A stretch of DNA of 64,000 nt, taken from Blastocystis sp. Blastoise (lineage: Eukaryota; Protista; Bigyra: Opalinata). The stretch covers positions 1,178,001 to 1,242,000 of the forward strand of contig JBBPEB010000004.1 of NCBI GenBank assembly GCA_039096225.1. Direction: 5' to 3'. Below are positions 33,700-55,200 of the stretch, in pieces; the first letter of the stretch is position 1; each line of letters begins with the position of its first letter. Under the pieces are notes generated by a model that worked only from the letters and a program-made list of their open reading frames with translations, was not told where the DNA came from and made no database searches. The translations under genes and the position numbers were made by a program.

Positions 33700-34800
33700 A
33701 TGAACTGTACTATTCCTATGAAGAAAATGAAGAATATACATTATAATTCTATTTACTTTACGATTATCCATGTAGCTAAGTGGACTGATGAATGGAAAAA
33801 TAAGCAATTGAGTAACTTTGAACAATATATTAATCCTATGCCTGAGAAAGTATTCATGCGAATGATTGGTACACCTACTATCTTCATTGATTATATTCGT
33901 AATAAGTATAAACCTTCTATTAATACAATTAAAGCAATTGCCGAACTTATTATGTTTATCTATAAAGAAGATAAAACCTTAAAGAAGCGTATTATTGTTA
34001 TTAAAAGCTGGGAAGCCATGTATTCTATTATTAATAGTATTTATACTGATGTTCTTAAATCGAAGACTGATGCTGCTTTAAAGATGTTAAAAGATAACAA
34101 TTGCTCTTTAGAAAATTTTAAAAAGATAAGAGATACTTGTTCTGTTGCTGATCCTCTACGTTTATTAATTGATCTATATGTCTTAATGCCTCCTGCTCGT
34201 GCTGATTATGGTAACTTGATGATATATAAAGAAAAACCTGAAAAACCTGAATCTACTTCTTATGTCATTCCTACTCTAGATAGTACTATTGAAAATCCTT
34301 CTTATGAAATTCATGTTACTGAATATAAAACTGTCAAAACTTATGGTGAACGTATACTTAAGTGTTGTTCTGAATTTAATTCAGATTTAAATGAAATACT
34401 TACTTTGAATTCTAATAGTCGTTATTTATTCCATAAACCTGGTAAGAATGAATGTTATTCTCCTAAACGCTTTTCTGAATTTGTTAAAAATATTATGAGA
34501 CGTGTTGTTCCTGGAGGTATTACTATTAATAGTCTACGTAAACTCTATTGCTCTACTCATGGTAATAACTTTGAAGAAATGAATCAATTGGCTTTAGATC
34601 TCGGGCACTCTCTTAAAACTCATATTAATAACTATATGTCTATTACTACTACTGATTTCTTAACTAATTTAACTAAAGAAAATCAACTTACTATTACTCC
34701 TGTTCCTGCTGATGATGAAGATATACCTATTAACGTTAATAATGATTCTTCTAATCTTGAAAACTGGTGTAAAAACTTAAGTCAATGTTGGACTGAATAA
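33700..34800 (+). CDS. Tyrosine recombinase 1 (PLV type)
   Basis: Catalytic order R (PPARADY), K (YKTVKTYG), xxLR (INSLRK), H (LGHS), Y (HINNY). ATG at 33700. Confidence 0.9.
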   Translation: MNCTIPMKKMKNIHYNSIYFTIIHVAKWTDEWKNKQLSNFEQYINPMPEKVFMRMIGTPTIFIDYIRNKYKPSINTIKAIAELIMFIYKEDKTLKKRIIVIKSWEAMYSIINSIYTDVLKSKTDAALKMLKDNNCSLENFKKIRDTCSVADPLRLLIDLYVLMPPARADYGNLMIYKEKPEKPESTSYVIPTLDSTIENPSYEIHVTEYKTVKTYGERILKCCSEFNSDLNEILTLNSNSRYLFHKPGKNECYSPKRFSEFVKNIMRRVVPGGITINSLRKLYCSTHGNNFEEMNQLALDLGHSLKTHINNYMSITTTDFLTNLTKENQLTITPVPADDEDIPINVNNDSSNLENWCKNLSQCWTE

Positions 34801-34869
34801 ATCTTAATTTATTTATATATACTTGTTTAGTTAACAAAACTATTTTTTATTTTATTTATTTATAACAAC

Positions 34870-36669
34870 TTAATATTTTAATTTTAAAAATAGACCTGCA
34901 CCATGATTATGTTTCTTAGGAATCTTTATACGTATTATATTTGGTTTTCGTATAATATTAGACTGACTACGTGTAGCATAAGGGTGTTCTTTACCATCTT
35001 CTACATAAGCATCATACTCACTACTTCTCTTACTCATATTATGTAATGCCTGACTTTCTCTAGGTATCATCACACCAGTACGAGTATCTTTATCGATTTG
35101 ACGAACTAATGATTTACTCTTTATATATTTTATATATTTCTCACGATCTTTATCTTTCCAAATTACAGTCTTATCTGGACAACCCTCAGGTAATTGATTT
35201 TCTAAATCTGTTCTATTTGGATATTCACCATTTTTAAATTTTGAATATATTTCTAATAAACCTTTTTTAAACTCTGGAAAATCATTTAATTTATTAAACG
35301 ATATATTCTGACCCTCACTTAGATACTCTCCAAAATTCTCTTCACCAAATACATCTGTATAATCTTCATGATATTCTAAAATACGTTCTAAAAATCTTCT
35401 ATAGAGAAACATATCCTTCTCTTTATCTTCTAATAACCATTCTTTAAATAGAGATCTACCATTTATCTGAATAGGTCTAAATTGTTTATCTATTTGTTTT
35501 TTCTTTTTATTTACACGTTCTAAGAAGGGTGTTATATATTGTTCTAAATGAGTTGATGTAGCATGTAGCATCTTCTCTACACTTTTCTCAAATATTTCTT
35601 GACCACGTACTTCTAACTGAGGATCTCCACTCTCTGTTAATCTTAAATATATTTTATAATAACATTGAGCGAACAAATGACGTATTACATCACAACCTGT
35701 TATTAACTGTCTTTCTACTACTTGACCATTTATCTCATCTTTATATGTAAATATTCTACCTAAATGCATCTTTATATATTCTCCAAATTTATTTTCTCCA
35801 ATAAATCCATGAGTTATTTCATTTATAAATAACTCATCTCTTGGATATAATCTTAATGATCTTGCTAATACATTTAAAAATTCTTCTGAGACTTCTTGTT
35901 TTGTTTTAACACGATTTATACCTAACTGGTATACATTCTTAGTATCATTTACATTTATTGTTAAATCATTTAAATCTAAATAATTTGTAGACTTTTTAAG
36001 ACTTGAAGGTACTTTAGAACTACGAGTATATATCTTACAATCACCATAATCATTACGACAACATAAACAATCATAAGTTAATACTAATAAATAACTATTA
36101 ACATAAAATAAATCATTTGGATTCTTTAAATAATCATCTTTTGTTTTATTTATTAATATATCCCATTGAGCTCCAGACTCAGTTATTCTATCGGTATACT
36201 CATAATGTCTAGCAGTAGTAGCATTATGTTGTAGAGATACCCATATTGTTTTATATTTCTTTATATTAGACCTTAGAAATACAGGAGACCTTAATATTTG
36301 TCTATCATCTGTTAATATATCTATATTTTCCATTATAAACTCTAACATAGCCATATAGTTAGCTACAGAGGTCTTAGATAACCCTCCTGTTTGACCATGA
36401 GCTTTTGTCTCAGAATTTAATAAAATACTTGAAATATATTCAGGATAGCCTAATGCTTCTATACAGAAGTATGGAGCTAAATCAGGTTTATGAATACTTT
36501 CATCAATATTAATATTAGCAGCTACACGAAACTTAGAACATATAGTACGCATATTACGCATATATACTTCATAAGTAGATTCACGGATACGTTTAAAATG
36601 ATATAAATCACGAATACAGTTCATAAAAAAATCTTCACATTCTTCATCAGAATCCCCACGTTTATACAT
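34870..36669 (-). CDS. Tyrosine recombinase 2 (divergent, about 200-aa C-terminal extension)
   Basis: R (LCCRNDYG), K (DTKNV), xxIRH (DVIRHLF), H (MLHAT), Y (HLEQY); N-terminal STYEVY...SVANY resembles a core-binding domain. Confidence 0.82.
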   Translation of the reverse strand: MYKRGDSDEECEDFFMNCIRDLYHFKRIRESTYEVYMRNMRTICSKFRVAANINIDESIHKPDLAPYFCIEALGYPEYISSILLNSETKAHGQTGGLSKTSVANYMAMLEFIMENIDILTDDRQILRSPVFLRSNIKKYKTIWVSLQHNATTARHYEYTDRITESGAQWDILINKTKDDYLKNPNDLFYVNSYLLVLTYDCLCCRNDYGDCKIYTRSSKVPSSLKKSTNYLDLNDLTINVNDTKNVYQLGINRVKTKQEVSEEFLNVLARSLRLYPRDELFINEITHGFIGENKFGEYIKMHLGRIFTYKDEINGQVVERQLITGCDVIRHLFAQCYYKIYLRLTESGDPQLEVRGQEIFEKSVEKMLHATSTHLEQYITPFLERVNKKKKQIDKQFRPIQINGRSLFKEWLLEDKEKDMFLYRRFLERILEYHEDYTDVFGEENFGEYLSEGQNISFNKLNDFPEFKKGLLEIYSKFKNGEYPNRTDLENQLPEGCPDKTVIWKDKDREKYIKYIKSKSLVRQIDKDTRTGVMIPRESQALHNMSKRSSEYDAYVEDGKEHPYATRSQSNIIRKPNIIRIKIPKKHNHGAGLFLKLKY

Positions 36670-36678
36670 GACTGAAAA

Positions 36679-37011
36679 TTACTTAAAACAATTAATATTT
36701 TTTGATATTTCTGACAAAGTCTTTATTAATAAATCTAATTTTGTATTTATTATTTCAATAGACTCTGTTTCATCTAATGTATTTTCATGTATATCCTTTG
36801 CTTGATCTTTTATATCAGTTAACATTTTTTCTATTTTATATTGAGACTCTCTTAAGTGATGCAATCTAGCTACTTTATAAGGAGAACAACAGTTACAGTT
36901 AAAATTAATATTTTCTATTATACAACTTACTAGTTCACTACTTTTAGAGAATATAGATATTATTTTATCTATTATTGTTTTAAAACAATTATTCTTCACC
37001 TCGTTAGACAT
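36679..37011 (-). CDS. Small viral protein with a CNCC motif and coiled-coil tail (110 aa)
   Basis: Clean ORF ending 9 nt upstream of the YR2 start. Confidence 0.7.
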   Translation of the reverse strand: MSNEVKNNCFKTIIDKIISIFSKSSELVSCIIENINFNCNCCSPYKVARLHHLRESQYKIEKMLTDIKDQAKDIHENTLDETESIEIINTKLDLLIKTLSEISKNINCFK

Positions 37012-37545
37012 TATATTATTTAAAAAAAATTATAAAATTTCCATAAATAATATATTATATATTGATTCTATTAAGGATATCTATTTCAATTAAAATCATG
37101 TTTTTAATAATGAATAAATGAGTTTAAACAAAAATAGATATCATATTCGTAATCCCCGTAAAATTTACTATATATTTGACTATTTTTTTATTTGATTACT
37201 CAATATCATATATTAACCAACATACCAAGCAAAAGTCAATTGAGCAATTGGTCACGTACACCTTAAAATGGTCGTATCAATATATGGGTAACACCATTCA
37301 ATAGGGAATTTTATGCTTATTTCAACGGTGTATCAGGCATGTCTCAACGACGAGTATTTCCCTTTTAAAAAAAGGAATTACAATTGATTTATTTCTTTTA
37401 TCAATTGGTATTGTATAAGGTCATTTTTAATAGTTGTGTAATCAAATAAAAAGTATTTTTATTATTAAAACAATACAACAAAACAAAGTAATAAATAAAA
37501 AATTAAAAAACAAGAAAAACAAAAAAAAACAAAGATAAATATCAA

Positions 37546-38014
37546 TTACTTATAATAGTATACGACTTTTTTATACTTTCTGCATCCCTTTTTATGATGG
37601 TGTCTTCTAGTAGTATTAGGAGAACTTGGTTCAGCATAATTCACTCCTTCAGATGTATTATCTGGAGGAGCACACCAATTACAATTGCGAGGAGGTATCA
37701 AAATACTTCCATCTCTTCTCCAGGTAACATTGATATGATTTGGAAGTCTCCAAGTCAATAATCTCACCTGATCATAGAAGGCTTCTATCGACAAAGGTTC
37801 CAATTGGGGTAACAGAGTTCCATTCTCATTAGCAGGTTCATTAGTTTCATTAGAATCATCATCTATACTACTACCAACACTACCTAACTCAACTATATAT
37901 ATAAAATAATAATTGATATTTCAATTGCATACCTTTACAAACAGCTGGACTACAAGGAAGGCTATCATCAACATTAGTATCATCAGTTAACTCTAAAATA
38001 TCATTGGGATTCAT
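37546..38014 (-). CDS. Viral hypothetical protein, two exons (38014-37933, 37892-37546; 142 aa)
   Basis: A 40-nt intron (AAAG|GTATGC...ATATAG|TT at 37932-37893) joins MNPNDILEL...AVCK in frame to VELGSVG...EPLSIEAF. Confidence 0.75.
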
Positions 38015-38424
38015 TTTTAAGCTTTTATAATAAACAACAAATAAAATAAAATATGAACTTTTAAGAGAGCATTTCAAAGATAAAAATCAATCAGAGAAAC
38101 TCTGGTTTTTATAAAAATCAATGTTTTCATTGGTTGTTTTTCACTAAAAATGGGTTTTTCCTTTATGTCTTGATTTCTTATGTTTATCAATGGTTTTTAT
38201 TGATAGAAAACATTTACTATACATAATTGATTTTATTATTATAATATTATCAATTGAAACTTTTTTAAAAACTAATATTTTATATAAAAACATATATTTT
38301 TGACAATTTTAAATCAATTAATAACATTTTTTATACTTTTAAACATTAAATAATATAAATAAAAAATAAATAATATAAAATAATAAAATAAAACATATAA
38401 ACAAGCTTTCAATTGAAAAATAAA

Positions 38425-38778
38425 AGAGCCAGTTTTGAAATTTTTTTCCCCAAACTCTGTAGATATAAGGGGATTATGGGTTTATTGATTTATGAAATCC
38501 ATAATCCATAATGCAAAAAAATATTTTATAATATTAGGGAATTAGAAATCGATGACGCACACCCCCAAATGGACCAATCAAATCACTTTAAAATTACTTT
38601 TTTGATTATTTTTAAAACTACCCTTACTTTTATCACTTCCCCATGTTTCGGAAGTTTTAATAATACTTCAGCCGAGATCTCCAGCACTCGTCTATTACCC
38701 CTGATCGGAAAATCAGTATGATTTTCCGATACAGGGGTAATATCGAGTGAAATACTGGAGATCGAAGAGCGGAAGTAT
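38425..38778 (-). repeat. Right terminal inverted repeat (354 bp)
   Basis: Reverse complement of 13407-13760; ends ...GAAGAGCGGAAGTAT, followed by host CAAGTTCTG. Confidence 0.97.
38656..38778. other. Right terminal imperfect palindrome/hairpin (loop GTA at 38716-38718)
   Basis: Inverted copy of the left hairpin, with the outer arm 7 nt shorter. Confidence 0.95.
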
Positions 38779-39205
38779 CAAGTTCTGTCTCAAATTATTG
38801 ATTGCTAATCATAATTTACAGTTGTCCACATAAGTAGACTATATTTTAGGTAAAACTAAACAACATGATCTGTTGATGAACCTATTTAGTATCTAAACAA
38901 ATTTGAGAATGATACAAATTAATAGTAATAATAATATTATGATAAAAAAGAATAGCATAAATGAATCATACATTAAATAATACTATTAAAAAAATAAATA
39001 ATACAATGTAATTATAATACATAAGATATTTTTCAAATAAGTTGACTATTCTTTGCATACTAAAATTTATAAAAAAATGGATAGAGACATAGAGAAAAAA
39101 ACACACTTAAATAAAATATACACAAAAAAAAAATAGAGTATAAACTAGAATAAAAATAAAAACATTTACATACACTTCTATAATTTTATTATTATTATTA
39201 TTATT

Positions 39206-48990
<9,785 letters not shown>

Positions 48991-49277
48991 TTTCCTTCTA
49001 TCTTGCATCAAAATACCGAATATTCAATAAAGAGAAAATAAGTATTTTTTATAAAATTTTTTAGTAGGATACTAAAGAAATAATTTTGATTTTTAAAGAA
49101 ATATTACTGCATAATTTGTTTATTTTTATGTAAATGCAAAAAACACAAAAAAGAGATGAATCCGTCTGAAATATATAAATCGGTTTTTCAGAAATATTGT
49201 TTGTTTTTTATTTTATTCAAAAATCGATAAGTAGAAATTATTTTGAACCTTAGAATATTGTTTTAAATATATAATTT

Positions 49278-52200
49278 ATGTCATTTATCAAATTCAATAC
49301 TATTTCTGAAACAGATTCAGAATCACGATTTGATACTTCAATCATAGAGTTTGATAATTTAATTTATTTTAGATTCTAAATATTCTATATGTATATAGTT
49401 ATCGATTTGTTATTCAATATAAGTTAGATGGATGCTCATTTCAGTCTACAGAACGTATATTTATAGATACTAGTTTGTTTATTAGGATAGAATTCCGTTT
49501 TGTTACGTATATGAACGATAAAGGATCTAATTTAGATAAAATATGTTTCCTTTATGACAATTATTTGTTTATTTTGATACGAAAAACGGAGAATCATAAA
49601 ATAGAGACTCAGAAATATATCTACGATGTAAAGGAGAGAATTCAAGTATGATCTATAAAGGTTATTTAAAAATATTAAATATTTATCATATTTAGACCTG
49701 TTGTTGGAATTCAACAGGTGATTATATTGTATTAGGAGATTCTTCTGGTTATATTCACTTTCTAACAGATCATGGCCAATTATTAATTAAGCAACAGATT
49801 ATTCAGAATGAAAATAAAAATAATCAGTAAATATTAAATTGTTATGCAATTAATTTTATTGGAAATAAATATATATTAACTTGTATATAGACATTTCAAG
49901 GATATATTATGTTTTTCAACTGGAAATGAAGAAACTATAGTATTATATACAGATAATCAAACACGTAATCTTATTGAAAATATTCATTTTAATCTTATTC
50001 ATGAAGCTATTAAGAATAGTATATTATTATTTGCTTTTATTATTGTATTTTATTATTCTATATGTATTATATATATATTAGATAATAAGGAATTATTATA
50101 TGAAGAGAAGAGTCGATTAATTATGAGTAATGAATCTCTATCGAATTATTATTTACATAACTATAAAGTTACTCAAAATGTATTCTATTCTATTTATTTA
50201 ATTATATATTTATTTTTATTAAATGCATTTAATAATAGCAGATTTTTAATATTCTTCTATATTGTTCTATATTTATAGATATATTCTGATGAAGATAATC
50301 AGATATGTCATTTTACTTGTGGAAAAGGAAAAGATACTGTTTTATATATTCATAAATGGATTTATCATAAAAATAAATTTATTTTAAATAAAGTAAGAAT
50401 CAATCAATATTTTTATTTTTATTATAATTTATATATAAATGTAGAGTTTGAGTATTAATGTATCTTCTGAAAATGATGTCAATTCAATTTCTCTTTCTTA
50501 TGATAGTCAATGGATTATAATTATATATAAAAATCATTTTATTGATATTTATGATAGTGATTCTCTTCAAATTATTTCTTCTATTCAAAAGTATATTAAT
50601 ATTATTTATTTTTTATATTTTAGTAATATATATATATTTTATCATTATTATGGCATATATATTATAATAAAATATATTTTTTATCATTAATAGATATTAT
50701 AATATAATATATTTTTTATCACTATACCTAGATATTATAATTTATATATATTTTTTATCATTATATAACATATATATTATTCATATATATATCAATTATA
50801 GTTCAGAGATTTTATCGTTTCTTCTTCTTCCTAATACTTTTTCTTCCTCTTCTTCTCTTTCAGCACTCTATATAACTGAATCCTCTTTATGTTTTTCTCA
50901 TATAATCATGGGACAATCGATTATTTATAAATCTGCATCTCTCCAAGGAATGGGAATTATCACAAAAAATAATCATCAAATATGGCTTTATCAATATATT
51001 AAGAATACTTTAAATATCATTATATGTACTATGGCTTCTACTCTACAAAAAACTATGGTATATTAGCGATTTCTTTTTATTTTTTAGTTTTATTCTTATG
51101 ATATATTATATATAATTATTTTCTCTATTTTGTTGTTTTCTATATTTGATATATATATATTATTAACTTTCTCTATATTTTTATTCTAGCCTATATTTTA
51201 TATGTGTGTGTTTTTTTTTGTTTTATCATTTTTTAAATAAAACATATATATACTAGAATTTATTAGAGAATGGTCAATATGAAATAGCTGAAGCTTATAT
51301 ACAAGAGAATCATCTAAATAAAGATATATATATCAAATATAGAATAGAAGAAACCCTAAGAGACTGGAATACTCAAAAAATCAATAGTATATCATTTTTT
51401 TTTTGTTTTATACTAATTATTATGTATTATTTATCTATTCTCTTCTCTATAGATATAAGTTGGTTAAATAATACTACAGATATAACATCTTTTATTATTC
51501 TTTTAAATTCATGTTCTGATCTCTCCTATTTATTTAATATTTGTGTTTCATCAATCACACCTTCGTCACATATTCAACAACAACTTTTAGAATATATCAT
51601 CTCTAGAGTAATTTAATAAAAATATATATTTTTTAGTTTTACACATTTTATTCATCTTTATTTCTATTTTTTTAACTATATAGTATAATATATCATTATA
51701 TATAGTATGAATCTTCATCGTCCTCTTCTTCCTCTTTAATCTCTCTCTATAAACTTCTTTATAAATTTCATACTTATATACTTCTTCTCTCTTTTGGTTT
51801 CCCTTCTGGATCACAATATTGGCATGTATCCTTTTTATTCACTTTTTATTAATTGTTATACATATATATATATTAAAATATTTATAGATATTTCGATCAC
51901 GATCTCTTTCAGATATTCAATTAAATATGATGTTATCCAATCAAATAAATGCTTTGTATATTTTATGGTCACGTCATCTTTATATTGACCATGAATCTGA
52001 AACAGAGGGAACAATGACACTTACTATTGATGGAACACAATCATTTCTAACCACATCTTTGGACTTATCAATAGAGGATGACAATTCCATTAACAATATT
52101 TCGCAAACCCTAGAAGATGCATCAGTTCCCCGTGAAACTCCTAAGATTAAAATCGACAAACAAGAATGTCAAGAAATGATTCAAACAGTTATTTCCAGTC

Positions 52201-55200
52201 TAGATCATGTGAAAAATGTGATGGACGCACGCGCTTTGAAAAAATGGCTTACAGAATATGTTATTCACTATATATCAAAAAAAGATATTCAAGTATTTTT
52301 ATTCTTTTTATTTGAATTAATTTTATTTTGCCCTTATTTTAAAATTATTTTATTATTATTTTTTTATAGATTATTTTATTATTAATATTTTTAAAATAAA
52401 TGCTATTATTTATTATTTAAATATTTTATTCATTTTATTTTGCATAAATATCATATTTCTTTTAATTACACTTATTAGTATCACATTCATTATATATATT
52501 GAATAGTTGTTATCTACATGGTTATATAAGTATTGTACGTCACTATGTTTACAAAATACATTAACAGCACTTACAGATGCCTATCTTCTATCCTCTACAC
52601 TATCTACTCTCTATACACAGTTTCCCCGCGGGAATTCTGAAACTGGTATTGTGAATCCTACAGATAATCCTCTTTTTTCTTTGTATTATATTACTCCTGT
52701 CCTTCAAGTGTATATCAATATATATACACATTATCATCTATGGGTTCCTGTGATGTTACCGTTAGACTATCCAGATTATAATCACGTGATATGCATGTTT
52801 CTTGCACGTGCTGACTCTTCTACAATTGTTGAAGATGAAATTACTCAGAATATTATTCCGTTTTCCCGTGAATATAATGTAGATTTAGATCAAGTATTTT
52901 ATACATATATGAGTCATCAACTTGCTGAAAAGGATATTTCTGAAAATAGTTATTTATATAATATATGGAAACACATTGAAAGTGACACTCTTAAATGTGA
53001 TGTACTATTAAATTGTTTCGATAGATTGAAACCTCCTCATCCTTCTATACTATTAACCATGATGAATACATGTGTACATATGGTATGCTAAAGAAGTTAT
53101 TTTCTTTTTTTTTTGCTTGTTTTTTTTTTATTTTATTTGATATTGTGTTAATTTATTTTTATATTTTGTTTGATATTGTTTTAATATATGTTTTATATTT
53201 TGTTTGATATTGTTTTAGTTTATTTTTTTAACTATTTTCTTAAAATTATTGTTTATAGTCTCAATCAGATCGATCTTCTATGATTTCCCGTGAATATTCA
53301 TTAATGATTGCTGAAAATATGTTATTATCCCGTGGAATTGATATTTCTCTTCGAGAAGAAACAAATGGTCTTTCTCTTCTTGATTATATATTATCATCTG
53401 TATTTATATTATTATATTGAATATATTTATTTCATTTATTCTATTTATTATATTTATTATATTTATTTCATTTATTCTATTTATTCTATTTATTATATAT
53501 ATTATATTTATTATATTATAAATAAAAACACATTATTTATAATAAAGGGTGATGATCAATGTATAAAAGATGCTTCTCTTCTTCTTCCTATTTATAAATA
53601 TATGACATTACAAGACTTATGTGTAAAATATATTCAATTTAAAATAGATAATAATTTGTCATTCTTATTCTGTGTATATAATATATATATACATAATATA
53701 TATTTATTTATTAGGACTTATTGAATATACTTCAATCTTCTTCCCTTCCTCCTTCATCTATATATATGGCTCTCCTTGAAATAGTAGACTATACTTATAA
53801 TTATCTAGATTTACTCATTCTTTATGGTATACTTATATAATAAAATCTATTATATATTTACTATATATATATAGATGAATCAAGATGGATTTATTTTTTA
53901 CATATAACTATTGATATATATCATTATCTTAACCAAAATGAATATAATATTGGTATATATTTTTTTTGTTTACTTGGTTTATATATATATAGATATTACA
54001 CCTTATTCTTTATTTGCTATACCACATGATCGAGAAACTCAATTAACAAAACTACTTAATATTTACGATCATTGGCACGTGATTCTAGGTGTAGAAGAGG
54101 TAATAAGCCAATCAAAATGTAATACTATTCTTCATGATTCATTATCTTCAAAAGGATATCAAGTATTTATTATAGTAAAAATGATATATGCAATTATTAT
54201 TTATTATACTATTTTATCAGTGTTTTTTTTATCATAAAATACTTTATATATATATATATTAAACATTTATATTATTATTCAATATTATTATTTATTAAAA
54301 TATTCTAGTCGTCGTCTTCTTCATCTATTCTTAAAACAACAACCCTTCAAGAAGTCCAATCCTTAGCAATAGATCTATATTTACCTACTTCTCTTCCTTC
54401 ACTTCTCTATATAAAACGAAAAGTAAAAGAGGGATCCATTGATGGTCCAATCATATTAAAGGAACAGTGGAACATTTATATTCAAACAGAAGTGAATTCC
54501 CGTGATTATTCAAAAGAATTAACGATGTGCTGTTCTCTTGTTGATACTATTTTAGGTATTTTAAGATATATATATATATTTTTTTTATTATTTTATAATT
54601 CTTTTATAATTCTTTTTTATTCTATTGTTTAATTCTTTTTATAATTCTATTATTTATTTTTTTAATTCTTTTAATTCTTTATTCAAAACTATATATATAT
54701 ATAATAAGTTCATCTATTTATCTTATTAATAGTATTATTACGACAGCATGGTCAAAAAACTAAATATAAATCATTATCTCCATTATATATAAAGCAAATT
54801 CTAATTATGATTCAGAATATTCTAGAGCATTGTTCGCCATCTATGTTCCATTCTACTCTATTTTCATTCTCTTATATATACTATATATATAAAGTATTAA
54901 TTTGTATATATGATGATATTCATGAAAAGTATATTATATATATATATGAATATAAATATATAATTATAATAATCTATATATATAGTCCTCTATCAGATCT
55001 TTTTCCTTCTATATATATTGAACATAAAGTCAAATTAAGTGAAAAAGAAACATTAAAATATATATTTAAATATATTTCTGATTGTCGAGTGTATATATAT
55101 ATATATATATATATTTCAACATTATTTTATTTTCTTCTTTACATAGACATCTTTTTTCTTATGAGACATTTATATATCTTTCGACATATTTTTCAAAGAA

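Larger units (their letters stand above)
13407..38778. mobile_element. Endogenous Polinton-like virus (25,372 bp), tyrosine-recombinase type, lacking pPolB and rve integrase
   Basis: 354-bp TIRs enclose a dense, almost intronless gene block with capsid, penton, A32 ATPase, cysteine protease, primase-helicase and two YR genes. The long (TA)n tracts typical of the flanking host introns are absent inside. Confidence 0.95.

Noticed and set aside
13407-38778. Classical Maverick/Polinton transposon
   Set aside because: No pPolB, no rve integrase, no 6-bp TSD and no AG...CT termini.
13395-38790. Target-site duplication
   Set aside because: The left flank (..TTAAATTTAATA) and right flank (CAAGTTCTG..) share no direct repeat at any plausible boundary.
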